Source of the DNA: a virus
Reading direction: 5' to 3' (one strand)
DNA: 64,000 nucleotides
Virus record (IMG/VR): IMGVR_UViG_3300020057_000029
Span: 32,001-96,000 of that record
Part shown: in pieces, positions 55,463 to 64,000 of the stretch
Numbering within the stretch: the stretch's first letter is position 1
Layout: each line of letters starts with the position of its first letter
Notes under the pieces: generated by a model
Databases searched by the model: none
Seen by the model: only the letters and a program-made list of their open reading frames with translations
Told to the model about the DNA's origin: nothing
Program-made: the position numbers and the translations under genes

Positions 55463-55844
55463 TTTCTTGCTTTCCAAAATTAATGTACAAAATGTTGTTG
55501 TCCAATCTGTGCATGAGTTCTTTGTGGTTGTCCTGGGCCTTTTTGAGCAGATCTGTCGCCTTCTTGAATTCATGGCCAATCTTAACGCGTTCGTTGCTAA
55601 CCTGCAAGCGTTTTACTGAAACCTTTGCGAGATCTTGCTTAGTTTTTACGTATTCTTTAACCAGGGTAATAATTTTGTCCTGCTTTAAAGTGTCTATGTT
55701 GTCTTGAAGAACGTATTCGTTGAATTCTAAAGCAGCGAGCTCTTTATCCAAAGCCTCTAGCTGAATCAGATAAGTGCGCTCGCGAATCTCAAGATCCTTT
55801 ATCACTCGTTCCGATTTTTCCACTTCTTCTGTGCGACCAGCCAT
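55455..55844 (-). CDS. Coiled-coil protein
   Basis: 129 aa with heptad pattern. Confidence 0.7.
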   Translation of the reverse strand: MAGRTEEVEKSERVIKDLEIRERTYLIQLEALDKELAALEFNEYVLQDNIDTLKQDKIITLVKEYVKTKQDLAKVSVKRLQVSNERVKIGHEFKKATDLLKKAQDNHKELMHRLDNNILYINFGKQENG

Positions 55845-55845
55845 A

Positions 55846-57063
55846 TCAGTCTAACTGAATCAGAAATCGCTTGTAAAAGGAGGTCTTACGCTTAATAGAA
55901 TCAGACTTGGTACGTTCAATGTAAAAGTTAAGGGTCTGAGATGGCTCACAGTCAAATCCAAGAACTGTGCTAAACCCGTCATTTCCTGGTACATTGCCGT
56001 TGATTACAATCTTGCCAATCCCAGTTTCCATCGGCTCATGGAAATGACCGCCACGGATAAAGGTAACAGGCTTCTTGAGCTGGTTGATACGCTTGGACAT
56101 CAAAGATTCGATACCCTGAGCCTTATTGGAACCTTTTACGTTATCGTAATGCTCATAAACCACGCCTTCACCGTAGATCTCTAGATACTGATAAGGTTCA
56201 ACTGGAATGTGCCATTTAACGTTATTAAGTTTTGCTAGTTTTCCAAACTCTTCTAGGGTCTTATAGATGATCCAGGTTACGTTTTCTTCGCCTACATTGA
56301 CAAAGGTACGGTGTTCTTGGGTTCTATCGTGATTACCGGCAACTCCTACTGCGTCTACAGTAGCACCTAATTGTTTCGCTGCCAAAACAATTGGAGCGTA
56401 TAAAAGGTGGAACATTTGAGTGATAGCTTCCTGAATTTGTTTGGAATTTCCGAATTCACAACCTTGAGCACTTTCTACACCGTGCATTGTAGCGGATTCG
56501 ATCAAGTCTCCGATAAAAGCCAAAATTACCCTATCGATCTTGTAGTGTTCTGCTGCCCTTTGCATCTCTTTGATGGTTGTGTCGGCAACCTGCTTCAGGC
56601 GGCGTTTCAGGACTTCATGATTAAACGTCTTGGTGAGCTTGCCAACGTGAACGTCGGATATAAGGAGCTCAAGAGTCATGCTCTTCCTGTTCCTGCCAGG
56701 GTGAGGCAATTTGAGAGGCTTAGCGGTGATCTTAGCTACTTCTTTGGAAGCGGCCTTCACGGCGTCCAGGATGCCTTCGCGGTTTTCCCACTCTACCAGA
56801 ATCTTCTGGAGATCCTTGGAGTTTAAAGAGTTAGACTTGCGTGTTCTGGCTACATCACGGAAAATCTTAACATATTCGCCATCGTTTTCCACACGATCTC
56901 GACTACGCTGATAGCCAGATTTAACGGCCTCTAAGCTCTTGTCTTTTCTGAACTTTTTGTTAAACTTTTCTGTAATATCCGCCCAGGTCAGGCTTGGGTT
57001 TTCTTTTTGCGTAACGAGATATACAATCTCAGCGTCTGTAAACTTTTCTACTATAACCATCAT
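55846..57063 (-). CDS. Metallophosphoesterase/nuclease with N-terminal HTH
   Basis: SDVHVG, GDLIE, GNHDR, EHYD, GGHFH; N-terminal LTWADITEKFN helix-turn-helix. Confidence 0.85.
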   Translation of the reverse strand: MMVIVEKFTDAEIVYLVTQKENPSLTWADITEKFNKKFRKDKSLEAVKSGYQRSRDRVENDGEYVKIFRDVARTRKSNSLNSKDLQKILVEWENREGILDAVKAASKEVAKITAKPLKLPHPGRNRKSMTLELLISDVHVGKLTKTFNHEVLKRRLKQVADTTIKEMQRAAEHYKIDRVILAFIGDLIESATMHGVESAQGCEFGNSKQIQEAITQMFHLLYAPIVLAAKQLGATVDAVGVAGNHDRTQEHRTFVNVGEENVTWIIYKTLEEFGKLAKLNNVKWHIPVEPYQYLEIYGEGVVYEHYDNVKGSNKAQGIESLMSKRINQLKKPVTFIRGGHFHEPMETGIGKIVINGNVPGNDGFSTVLGFDCEPSQTLNFYIERTKSDSIKRKTSFYKRFLIQLD

Positions 57064-57102
57064 GCCTCCAACGCGTTGTCATTAAAGATTCGGACAGGAC
57101 TG

Positions 57103-57139
57103 TAGATTCCGCTAAACACAGTATATTCAGCGGAATCTA
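57103..57139 (-). terminator. Long intergenic hairpin (terminator or processing site)
   Basis: TAGATTCCGCT/AGCGGAATCTA perfect 11-bp arms, extendable to 17 bp with G-U pairs on the minus strand; no U tract. Confidence 0.5.
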
Positions 57140-57149
57140 ACGTGTTTAT

Positions 57150-57719
57150 TTACGCGTTGCTCTGAGCAGCTTCTTCAGCTTTAGGTTCAGACGGCGCTTC
57201 TGCTTCTTGGGCTGCTGGTTCTGGAGCGTTGATTTTGTAAGTTTCTAGAATTTCAAAACGAAGCTTTCCTTCTTCTACGATAACAATATCACCTGGCTTA
57301 GATGATTTGATTTTCTCTTGTGTAGTCAAAGGCATTGCCTTGAGCGTAAACTGTAGGCGGGGATTTACCACCGTACCGTCTTGGTCAATTTCTCGACCAA
57401 CAACGAAAGAGTTTTCTTGAACAACTTCTTCAGCAGTCAAAACACCGTTTTTAACTAGATTGTCAATTTTGTCTTTGAGATCTTCAATGTTGTTTTCGAT
57501 CATTACCTTTGCAATATCATCATCTTTCATGCCACCCAATTTAGCCACAGCATCAAGTTTGTTACCAAGTAGCTTAACAGCTTCTTTGATAGTCAAAACA
57601 TCGCGTGCAATGTTATCGGCAGTATGATAGAGGCTCATGAAAGCGTTTTCAAGAGATTCGATACGTTGAGCTGCAGTTTTCTTGCTTACAGCGGGGTCTT
57701 GTTGTTTGTTCGGGGTCAT
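57150..57719 (-). CDS. Hypothetical protein
   Basis: 189 aa with AAGGAG RBS. Confidence 0.75.
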   Translation of the reverse strand: MTPNKQQDPAVSKKTAAQRIESLENAFMSLYHTADNIARDVLTIKEAVKLLGNKLDAVAKLGGMKDDDIAKVMIENNIEDLKDKIDNLVKNGVLTAEEVVQENSFVVGREIDQDGTVVNPRLQFTLKAMPLTTQEKIKSSKPGDIVIVEEGKLRFEILETYKINAPEPAAQEAEAPSEPKAEEAAQSNA

Positions 57720-57747
57720 TTTGTTCTCCTTAGAATTGTTATATCAC

Positions 57748-58704
57748 TTAACTTAGTTTTTGAGCGTTCATTAACGCCATGATTGCTGATACTGTACCTG
57801 TTTTGTCTGCTTCTGTTGCTCGTATGTTGGCCAACATTTCTTCTTGATGCGAGGTGGGCATTGGAATAGCGTTAGCAGGAGGCCTGGCCTTCAACGCGCT
57901 CTGACGTTCGTGCATACGTTGCATTCGAGCGGCTTTCTCTTCTTCTGTCATTTTTTCAACAGGCTTGCCGATAGGTTTTTCTGACTCTGGGGGTAACCCA
58001 AGAAGCTCTTCTGGACTTCGTTTAGCTGCTACTTTTCTTTTAAGTGGAGCGCTAGGGCCTTTTGCCAATGGCTGAGATTTTTGCGTTGGTCTGCTAGAAG
58101 TCATCGGTTTGATACCAGTGCGTTTAGCAGGAGCTTGAACTGGGGCCACATATTGCTCAGGCTGTTCTTCTTCTGTTTTTCCGCCCGACATCTTAGACGC
58201 TAGTTGTCTCAAAAGCATAACTTCAAGCTGATTAAACTGAGCGGCCATAGCAGAATTATGATCGGCATAGGCTTGCATAGCCTTCTCTTGTCGCATACCA
58301 AGCATGATCTCCATTCGCTCTTTGGCAAATTTCTTGATCTCGCGTTGCACGCTTTTTACGGCACGTTCATCTGCGTCGGTTTCGCCAAAGAGATCGCTGT
58401 TCATAACAAGCTCGTATAGACGACCCTGTTCTAGACGAAGTCTGGCATCTGACAACACTTCTGAGTAATCTTCTTCTTCGTCTTCTCCGTATTCTTCGTA
58501 TTCTTCAGCCACTTCTTCTACTGCTTCTTCTACTTGCCGACCCTGCTGTGCCTGTACAATGAGCTGTTCGCGAGTCATGCTTGTTTTAGGCATATACATG
58601 GGTGCAGCGCCCTGGCCCTGTACCGGATGATCTAGGCTTACTTCGTCTGGAATGTCTCGGAACTCTTCGTTCTCTTCGTCGTTCCAATTAAATTTGTTTG
58701 ACAT
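57748..58704 (-). CDS. Hypothetical low-complexity protein
   Basis: 318 aa, acidic N-terminus and Pro/Lys-rich C-terminus. Confidence 0.75.
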   Translation of the reverse strand: MSNKFNWNDEENEEFRDIPDEVSLDHPVQGQGAAPMYMPKTSMTREQLIVQAQQGRQVEEAVEEVAEEYEEYGEDEEEDYSEVLSDARLRLEQGRLYELVMNSDLFGETDADERAVKSVQREIKKFAKERMEIMLGMRQEKAMQAYADHNSAMAAQFNQLEVMLLRQLASKMSGGKTEEEQPEQYVAPVQAPAKRTGIKPMTSSRPTQKSQPLAKGPSAPLKRKVAAKRSPEELLGLPPESEKPIGKPVEKMTEEEKAARMQRMHERQSALKARPPANAIPMPTSHQEEMLANIRATEADKTGTVSAIMALMNAQKLS

Positions 58705-59344
58705 CTAATGCTCCTGTTTTGCGAAGATGGTAGCTGTATGCTATCAATAGCGCATCTGCCGTATCTTCGTCTTTTTTTCTTAAGGGGGTTGAGAGAAAAC
58801 TACCAAAGACTTCGTTAGCTCTTCGTATATTGATATGCTTTCTGCTTAACCTGCCTATGCGCTTGCCATTTTCATCATAGGCAATGTTAGTGCCCTTTTT
58901 CTCTTTGTATTTCTTAACATCATCGTTGTGCTTCCTTTCGCTCCTGGTCATCTTACACCCAGTCTCTCTACGCCACACCTCGGTCATGGTGTACACATTC
59001 TTAATACTAGTGTCCTTTACATATCTTGCCACAAGGAAGTGTATAAACTCAAGGATTTTTTGTGAATGTGCGCTTTTTGATCCACCAGCTGTTTCTTCAA
59101 TAATCAAAACATCTGGGTGTAGCTCTTCTATAAGAGCTTCAATTTTACCAAAACATATATAGGCCCAGTCTACAAATGAAGCAGGATAGGGTCCATCGGG
59201 TCTTTCAATCTTAGGAACTTGACCATAGCGCTCAAGATCGTATGTATCATCTTGACTGACAATGAGAGCCCAGCCGGTCTTGGTACTGATATCCAAAGAC
59301 AGGACTCGTTCTTGTCGATGGGATTGAGTTCCAGAGAGGGTCAC
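58688..59344 (-). CDS. ruvC: RuvC-like Holliday junction resolvase
   Basis: LSLDISTKTGWA, LIIEE, VWR, DTADALLIA. Confidence 0.8.
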   Translation of the reverse strand: MTLSGTQSHRQERVLSLDISTKTGWALIVSQDDTYDLERYGQVPKIERPDGPYPASFVDWAYICFGKIEALIEELHPDVLIIEETAGGSKSAHSQKILEFIHFLVARYVKDTSIKNVYTMTEVWRRETGCKMTRSERKHNDDVKKYKEKKGTNIAYDENGKRIGRLSRKHINIRRANEVFGSFLSTPLRKKDEDTADALLIAYSYHLRKTGALDVKQI

Positions 59345-59616
59345 GCGCCGCCTTTTTCCTTAACCATCTCGATCAAATACTTGATTTTAAGTTCGTTTTC
59401 CTTGATACCATCAAGATAAGGGCCTTTAAGCTCTTTCAAAAGCTCTTTAGCTTCATCGATCTTTTGGTTGTCGTCCATTGCAGTCTGGATCTCGTCGTTA
59501 TTTTTAACGAGCTTGGTCAAACGAGCGTTCATGTCCGTTACGCTCATGCCATTCGCTTCTTCAACGAAAGTTGGGTACTTCTTCTCTACTTCACGCTTTG
59601 CTTTAAAACTATCCAT
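59341..59616 (-). CDS. Hypothetical coiled-coil protein
   Basis: 91 aa. Confidence 0.7.
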   Translation of the reverse strand: MDSFKAKREVEKKYPTFVEEANGMSVTDMNARLTKLVKNNDEIQTAMDDNQKIDEAKELLKELKGPYLDGIKENELKIKYLIEMVKEKGGA

Positions 59617-59812
59617 ACAGTAACTCCTCTATTGTTATATTCTTACCATAAATTTTTTGTAACCTGTCCTTGACAATACAATCCGAACAGAATTTATGCT
59701 CAACAGCATTTTCAAGGACAATCTCCGTTTGCCATCCACTATCTTTATCACGGCGATGGACTATTGTTAGGGTTTTATTTCTAACCGGAACTTTCATATA
59801 TTCAATTTTCAT
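59609..59812 (-). CDS. Hypothetical protein
   Basis: 67 aa, overlaps its neighbours. Confidence 0.6.
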   Translation of the reverse strand: MKIEYMKVPVRNKTLTIVHRRDKDSGWQTEIVLENAVEHKFCSDCIVKDRLQKIYGKNITIEELLYG

Positions 59813-60132
59813 ACACCGAAAATCTCTGGATCGGAATACTTACCATCAGTGCTTCTGAATAGCTCTGCGGTATTTGCTGAAGACACCGCAATGATATCTT
59901 GACCAACTACTACAAATTTTAAAACAGTGTTTTCAAATCCTAGCATTCCCTTAGAAGCTCTAGACGCGATCTTGTTGGTGTCAGTGCCTTTAACTTTTCC
60001 CTTGCGGAAATGGCGCGCTAATACTCTGTAATATTCTCTGCCAATCACCACATAGCTTGGATCTGCATTGTGATTTTCTACCATGGCGGTAGCCTGGCTT
60101 TCTATTTCAAGCAAGATCTCTATGGCTTTCAT
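59809..60132 (-). CDS. Hypothetical protein
   Basis: 107 aa with ATGA overlaps. Confidence 0.65.
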   Translation of the reverse strand: MKAIEILLEIESQATAMVENHNADPSYVVIGREYYRVLARHFRKGKVKGTDTNKIASRASKGMLGFENTVLKFVVVGQDIIAVSSANTAELFRSTDGKYSDPEIFGV

Positions 60133-60467
60133 TTTTTCGTATACTCCACCTTTGTCAGCTTCCGAAGAAGCTTGTTGCCTGTTAAATAGTTTAACACAGA
60201 TTCTAGCATTGCAACAGAAGATACATCCATTGATGAAATTTCTTTACCAGAAACGTTCAAGGGAAGAGACTGTCTTACCCACTGACCTTTGGCAAAACTC
60301 ATTATAGTTTGAATGTCGTAGTAATTAATCGAGTGTTCCAGTTCACTAATAGCAAAATGCTTATCAAATATTGCTTTCAAATATCTGAACTTGTCTTCCC
60401 CACGAAGATTTGACTCCTTCGTTAGGTATTCTCGCAAATCACTTTCTATATTTTTTAGATCTGACAT
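60129..60467 (-). CDS. Hypothetical protein
   Basis: 112 aa. Confidence 0.7.
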   Translation of the reverse strand: MSDLKNIESDLREYLTKESNLRGEDKFRYLKAIFDKHFAISELEHSINYYDIQTIMSFAKGQWVRQSLPLNVSGKEISSMDVSSVAMLESVLNYLTGNKLLRKLTKVEYTKK

Positions 60468-60477
60468 TTTACCCCCA

Positions 60478-62532
60478 TCAGGCTATGGTGCTAAAAGCCC
60501 CATCGCGAATAACTACGATTCTGTTGCTGACCATTTCCTTAACTTCTTGATTATGGTCAACGATTATAAGTTTCTTACTGGAATTGGAATTCTTCAAAAC
60601 CTCTAGCGCCATTTCGATCTCCACCGGACCCAGTCCAGTGAATGGTTCGTCTAGGATAAAAAAGTTAATTCCTTTCCCAGATACTGATTCTATCAGGTCA
60701 ATGACGGCTAGGTCAATAGCCAAATCCAGAGCAGAGCGCTCGCCGCCTGAAAAAGTTTCGATTGGGATATCTTCTTCGCCATCAGAATGGATTACTGCAG
60801 TAACCTCTTCTTTAATAGCGCCTTTGCCTGTTTCACGAGTTCCTTCCAGCTGAATTGTCGCATTGGCCATGTTTGGTATATTGCGAATAATCCTGGTAGC
60901 TTCTTTGCTGATTGTCTCTAGGGCATCGTCGAAAGAACAGGAAACAAAGATCTTAAGAGCTCGCCTACCCTCTTCTACCATCAGAATCTTTTGAGCCAAA
61001 TCACTGGTCTGAGCCGTAAGACTGAATACTTTATCAGCATATCTGGACTCTTGCGCCTCTAGGTCTTTTACTGACTGTTCATACCGCTGTTTAGCAGTAT
61101 TGAAGCCGGTCATCTTAAAATTAGCCTGGGTCCAAACAGACTTGTCTAGATCTGATTGTCCGCGTACTAGCTGTTGTTCTTTAGACTGGTTTTCTTGTAA
61201 TTCGCGTAGCTTAAGGGAAAACTGGTCAGATACAGTTTTAATCCGACTATTTTCGGCAAAATTGTGCCGCGTCTCTTTCTCTTTCTCAGATGCAATGTGA
61301 GCCAAAAGAACTTCTTCTTGATCTTTTTCTGCCTTAACATTTACGGTTCGCGCCACAGTGTCTGGCAGAATAGCGTTGATCTTAGGCTCTACTTCATTGT
61401 TAAGTTCGGTCTCGGCGACTTGCCCATTTTCGATTTGAGGACGAATTTGTTTAAGTTGCTCAAGCAGGTTAAGCTCTGAAGTCTTGGCGTTTTCTGTAAA
61501 CCAGCTCTGTTCGCAAGTAGGGCATATGGCGTCTCTGATTTTTTTAATCTGTGCAGCTATATTGACAGCATCTTTTTTTAGAGAGAGTCCGATAACGCAT
61601 TGGTGCTGTAGACTAGATTTCTTAAGATTTAGAGCCGCTAGCTCCTGCTTAGCCCTGTTCATGCGCTCAATTTCTACCATTCCGGCTTTTTGAATCACAT
61701 CGCGGATTTCTTGCAATTGTACATTATACTGCTCATAATCGGCCTTGCTGTACATTGTAATGCTCAAATCCGGCCTTATCTTGTTGAGCTCTTCTGTCTG
61801 AAGTCTTTGAGCGCTCATAAGAGTGGTCAGCGCCATCTCAGACAGGTTTGAAGCGGTCTTAAGCCTCTCCACAACGTCTGGGTGTACCTCTTGGGCTGGT
61901 GGTGTTCCTACCCCTTTTACGGCGCTCTGAGTAGCGGTTAGACCTTCTGTATTAGAAATCAAGGCCTTGTCCGCAGTTTCTTTTTCTAAAAGCAAGGTTT
62001 TAAGTTTCTTATCTATGATTTCAGCTTTAGATTTAAGATGGCTTAGATTAAGACAATCCATAAGAAATTCATTGGTTTCCTTAGGCGTGAAACTAAGAAA
62101 GAATCCGCCTTCTTTCTGGCGCTTATGACAAATTTTGCGGAATAGTTCACGCGGCATTGCCAAAATGATGTCCAGGTTTTCTTCAGCCAGTTTGCTGTTC
62201 CCAGACATGTCTAGACCGGCACCTTCTATAGAAAGACCCTTAGCCTTGCTTCTGGAGATTTTAATAGGCTTTCCGTCTAAAGAACCTTCCGCCCAAACAG
62301 AAATGCCATTCTTTGTCAAACGGGACTGTAGTTTGCCTGCAGGAATTTTATTGAAGCCAAGGAGGTAGTCCCAGGCGTGAAAAATAGTAGATTTAGCCGC
62401 TCCAGATCCGCCTCCGGTATTCTTGTTGATACCGTCAATTTGAACCAAATTACCAAGGGAGCTAAGCTCAATCGTTTGAGGTTCAACAAAGCGCCCTATG
62501 TTTTCCCAGCCAAGTCGATCTATAATAAACAT
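60478..62532 (-). CDS. sbcC: SbcC/Rad50 (gp46-like) ATPase
   Basis: Walker A GSGAAKST, zinc hook CPTC, signature FSGGE, Walker B ILDEP, long coiled coils. Confidence 0.92.
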   Translation of the reverse strand: MFIIDRLGWENIGRFVEPQTIELSSLGNLVQIDGINKNTGGGSGAAKSTIFHAWDYLLGFNKIPAGKLQSRLTKNGISVWAEGSLDGKPIKISRSKAKGLSIEGAGLDMSGNSKLAEENLDIILAMPRELFRKICHKRQKEGGFFLSFTPKETNEFLMDCLNLSHLKSKAEIIDKKLKTLLLEKETADKALISNTEGLTATQSAVKGVGTPPAQEVHPDVVERLKTASNLSEMALTTLMSAQRLQTEELNKIRPDLSITMYSKADYEQYNVQLQEIRDVIQKAGMVEIERMNRAKQELAALNLKKSSLQHQCVIGLSLKKDAVNIAAQIKKIRDAICPTCEQSWFTENAKTSELNLLEQLKQIRPQIENGQVAETELNNEVEPKINAILPDTVARTVNVKAEKDQEEVLLAHIASEKEKETRHNFAENSRIKTVSDQFSLKLRELQENQSKEQQLVRGQSDLDKSVWTQANFKMTGFNTAKQRYEQSVKDLEAQESRYADKVFSLTAQTSDLAQKILMVEEGRRALKIFVSCSFDDALETISKEATRIIRNIPNMANATIQLEGTRETGKGAIKEEVTAVIHSDGEEDIPIETFSGGERSALDLAIDLAVIDLIESVSGKGINFFILDEPFTGLGPVEIEMALEVLKNSNSSKKLIIVDHNQEVKEMVSNRIVVIRDGAFSTIA

Positions 62533-62781
62533 CTAGTCCTCTCGATAGTCCTTGTTTGATTTCTCATGATTCAGCTCTATGATGTTAGGAACAATTTCTA
62601 CCGCCCTAGCCTGAACGCCGTTGTCTACTGTTATCTTAGACCCAGATGAAGGTGCTGACAAGATCTTTTTTGCTTCCTTTTTACAGGTCTTACAAACAAT
62701 ACAGGCAGGTGCTTGTGACACCTGCCTATGAAATTTCTTGTCAACGTGTCCTTCTGAGCATTGGTATGCAAAGATAGGCAT
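62533..62781 (-). CDS. FmdB-like zinc-ribbon protein
   Basis: MPIFAYQCSEGH...CKTC...KILSAP. Confidence 0.75.
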   Translation of the reverse strand: MPIFAYQCSEGHVDKKFHRQVSQAPACIVCKTCKKEAKKILSAPSSGSKITVDNGVQARAVEIVPNIIELNHEKSNKDYRED

Positions 62782-62786
62782 GTTGA

Positions 62787-63773
62787 TTAGTATCCCTTGA
62801 TAATCTTGCGTTCGGTCTTATTGCTGATGCTTTCTTTAACCTTCTGATTGATCTCGAACAATTGTTCAGAAGTCAATCTAGGCTTAACTGGTTCAGAGTT
62901 GTAATTACCAAACCAACCTTCTTTTTCAGATTTCTTCTCTTCTTTGGTATTGATATCTTTAAAGAGAGCTTCGCCATCAACCAGAACCTTGTATCTCAAA
63001 GCGTTGGTGTTAACTGGACAATTATCTTGCTCGGCAACGATTTGAACAGCCCTTCCCATATAGAAGAATTCAGCCAAAAGCTCATTGCGTGTACCTTCAA
63101 GGGATCTGTCACAAGAAGCAGTAACAACCCTATCAGCAAGACCTTGATCTACACAGTCTTGACCATCACACCAGTATTCATTCTCGATCAAATCGCGGTA
63201 CGATTTTAGGGTTAGTTTTCCACCAGAACGGCTTACAGCAACTTCGTCCATGCGAGTAACGCGTTTTAGGTAGTAATTATATCGACTGTCCAATTGACCA
63301 GGGAATTCACCAGAAAATCCACCACGGGCCTTATGACTCATGAGGGTACCGTTTTTTAGAACAAGACGATCACCAAGACCTTGAGCGGTTTGAAAGCCCA
63401 TGGAAGCGGAGAACACGTTGATACTGTGTACGGGACGGTTCATGCTCGAAAGGTTCTCGATAAGCTCAAGACCAGCATCAATTGAGCCACCTGGGCTGTT
63501 GATTACGAGGTACAGAGGGTCACCAGAAGGCAATCGGGCATCCATAGCTTTAGCGGCTAGGGTTAGCTGGGCTACAACTTCAGAGTCAAATACGTTGTTG
63601 ATAGTAATACTATTGTCCTTGGTAAGAATAATAGCGCCTGGGGATGCAGAAACAGAAGCGGAGCTTTTGGCCTCGCTTGAGCTCTGAGCAGATGTCTTGC
63701 CAGAAGATTCCGCTGCAAACGAAACATTTCCTAGCAATGCAAAAACCAATACGAGTCCAATTAGATTCTTCAT
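62787..63773 (-). CDS. ClpP-like protease with signal peptide
   Basis: Signal peptide and Ser-rich linker; INSPGGSI, SASMG (Ser), LMSH (His), GLADRV. Confidence 0.85.
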   Translation of the reverse strand: MKNLIGLVLVFALLGNVSFAAESSGKTSAQSSSEAKSSASVSASPGAIILTKDNSITINNVFDSEVVAQLTLAAKAMDARLPSGDPLYLVINSPGGSIDAGLELIENLSSMNRPVHSINVFSASMGFQTAQGLGDRLVLKNGTLMSHKARGGFSGEFPGQLDSRYNYYLKRVTRMDEVAVSRSGGKLTLKSYRDLIENEYWCDGQDCVDQGLADRVVTASCDRSLEGTRNELLAEFFYMGRAVQIVAEQDNCPVNTNALRYKVLVDGEALFKDINTKEEKKSEKEGWFGNYNSEPVKPRLTSEQLFEINQKVKESISNKTERKIIKGY

Positions 63774-63790
63774 TTTCTTCCTTTTCTTCC

Positions 63791-63934
63791 TTATTTTAAA
63801 ACCAGTTTTCCTGATTTCTGTTTGTCTTGTTCGCGTCTTAGATTTACAAGATCTTTTGACACGTTTCCGATTGTTTTAGATTTTGACGCAGCATCAGTTA
63901 GCTTGCTGCGATTTTTGAAATTTTTATTTTTCAT
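63791..63934 (-). CDS. Small basic protein (47 aa, not in ORF track)
   Basis: Hand translation MKNKNFKNRSKLTDAASK...GKLVLK*. Confidence 0.4.
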   Translation of the reverse strand: MKNKNFKNRSKLTDAASKSKTIGNVSKDLVNLRREQDKQKSGKLVLK

Positions 63935-64000
63935 TTTTTTTACTTTCAAACACTATCTTATCATTAAAGTAGATTTTTACAAGAACATCTTTCCAAAAAA

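Noticed and set aside
1-64000. Stop-codon reassignment
   Set aside because: Genes are full length and densely packed in the standard code, and TAA, TAG and TGA all terminate genes.

Overview
A 64-kb segment of a large lytic, myovirus-like (contractile-tail) phage genome in standard genetic code. The host cannot be determined from the window. Two convergent transcription arms meet at about 29.9 kb. The + arm (1-29.9 kb) is a virion module: a gp25-like/LysM baseplate protein, a giant 2181-aa baseplate-J wedge, a tube-like protein, fibre/decoration proteins and three paralogous multi-Kelch-propeller adhesins. A small minus-strand island (phosphoesterase, lytic transglycosylase) interrupts it. 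The - arm (30-64 kb) carries replication, recombination and accessory genes: PLP aminotransferase, CYTH protein, HNH-ClpP fusion, RepB/AEP-type primase, helicase, a sigma-like protein, RecA/UvsY/SSB, five pentapeptide-repeat paralogs, a secreted subtilase, intein-containing DnaE, DEDDh exonuclease, RNase H, RuvC-like resolvase, SbcC and a signal-peptide ClpP-like protease. Most notable are three apparently combinatorial (mix-and-match) systems. (1) Kelch adhesins in which 6-bladed propellers are plugged into loops of a shared scaffold, with near-identical DNA only at the junctions. (2) A five-gene pentapeptide array built from a small shared vocabulary of 15-nt units. (3) A run of small genes each headed by the same ~26-nt junction sequence. 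There are also two structured non-coding RNA candidates, an iteron-like repeat at the arm junction and two recurring promoter-like motifs. All functional calls come from motif recognition by eye; no database searches were run.
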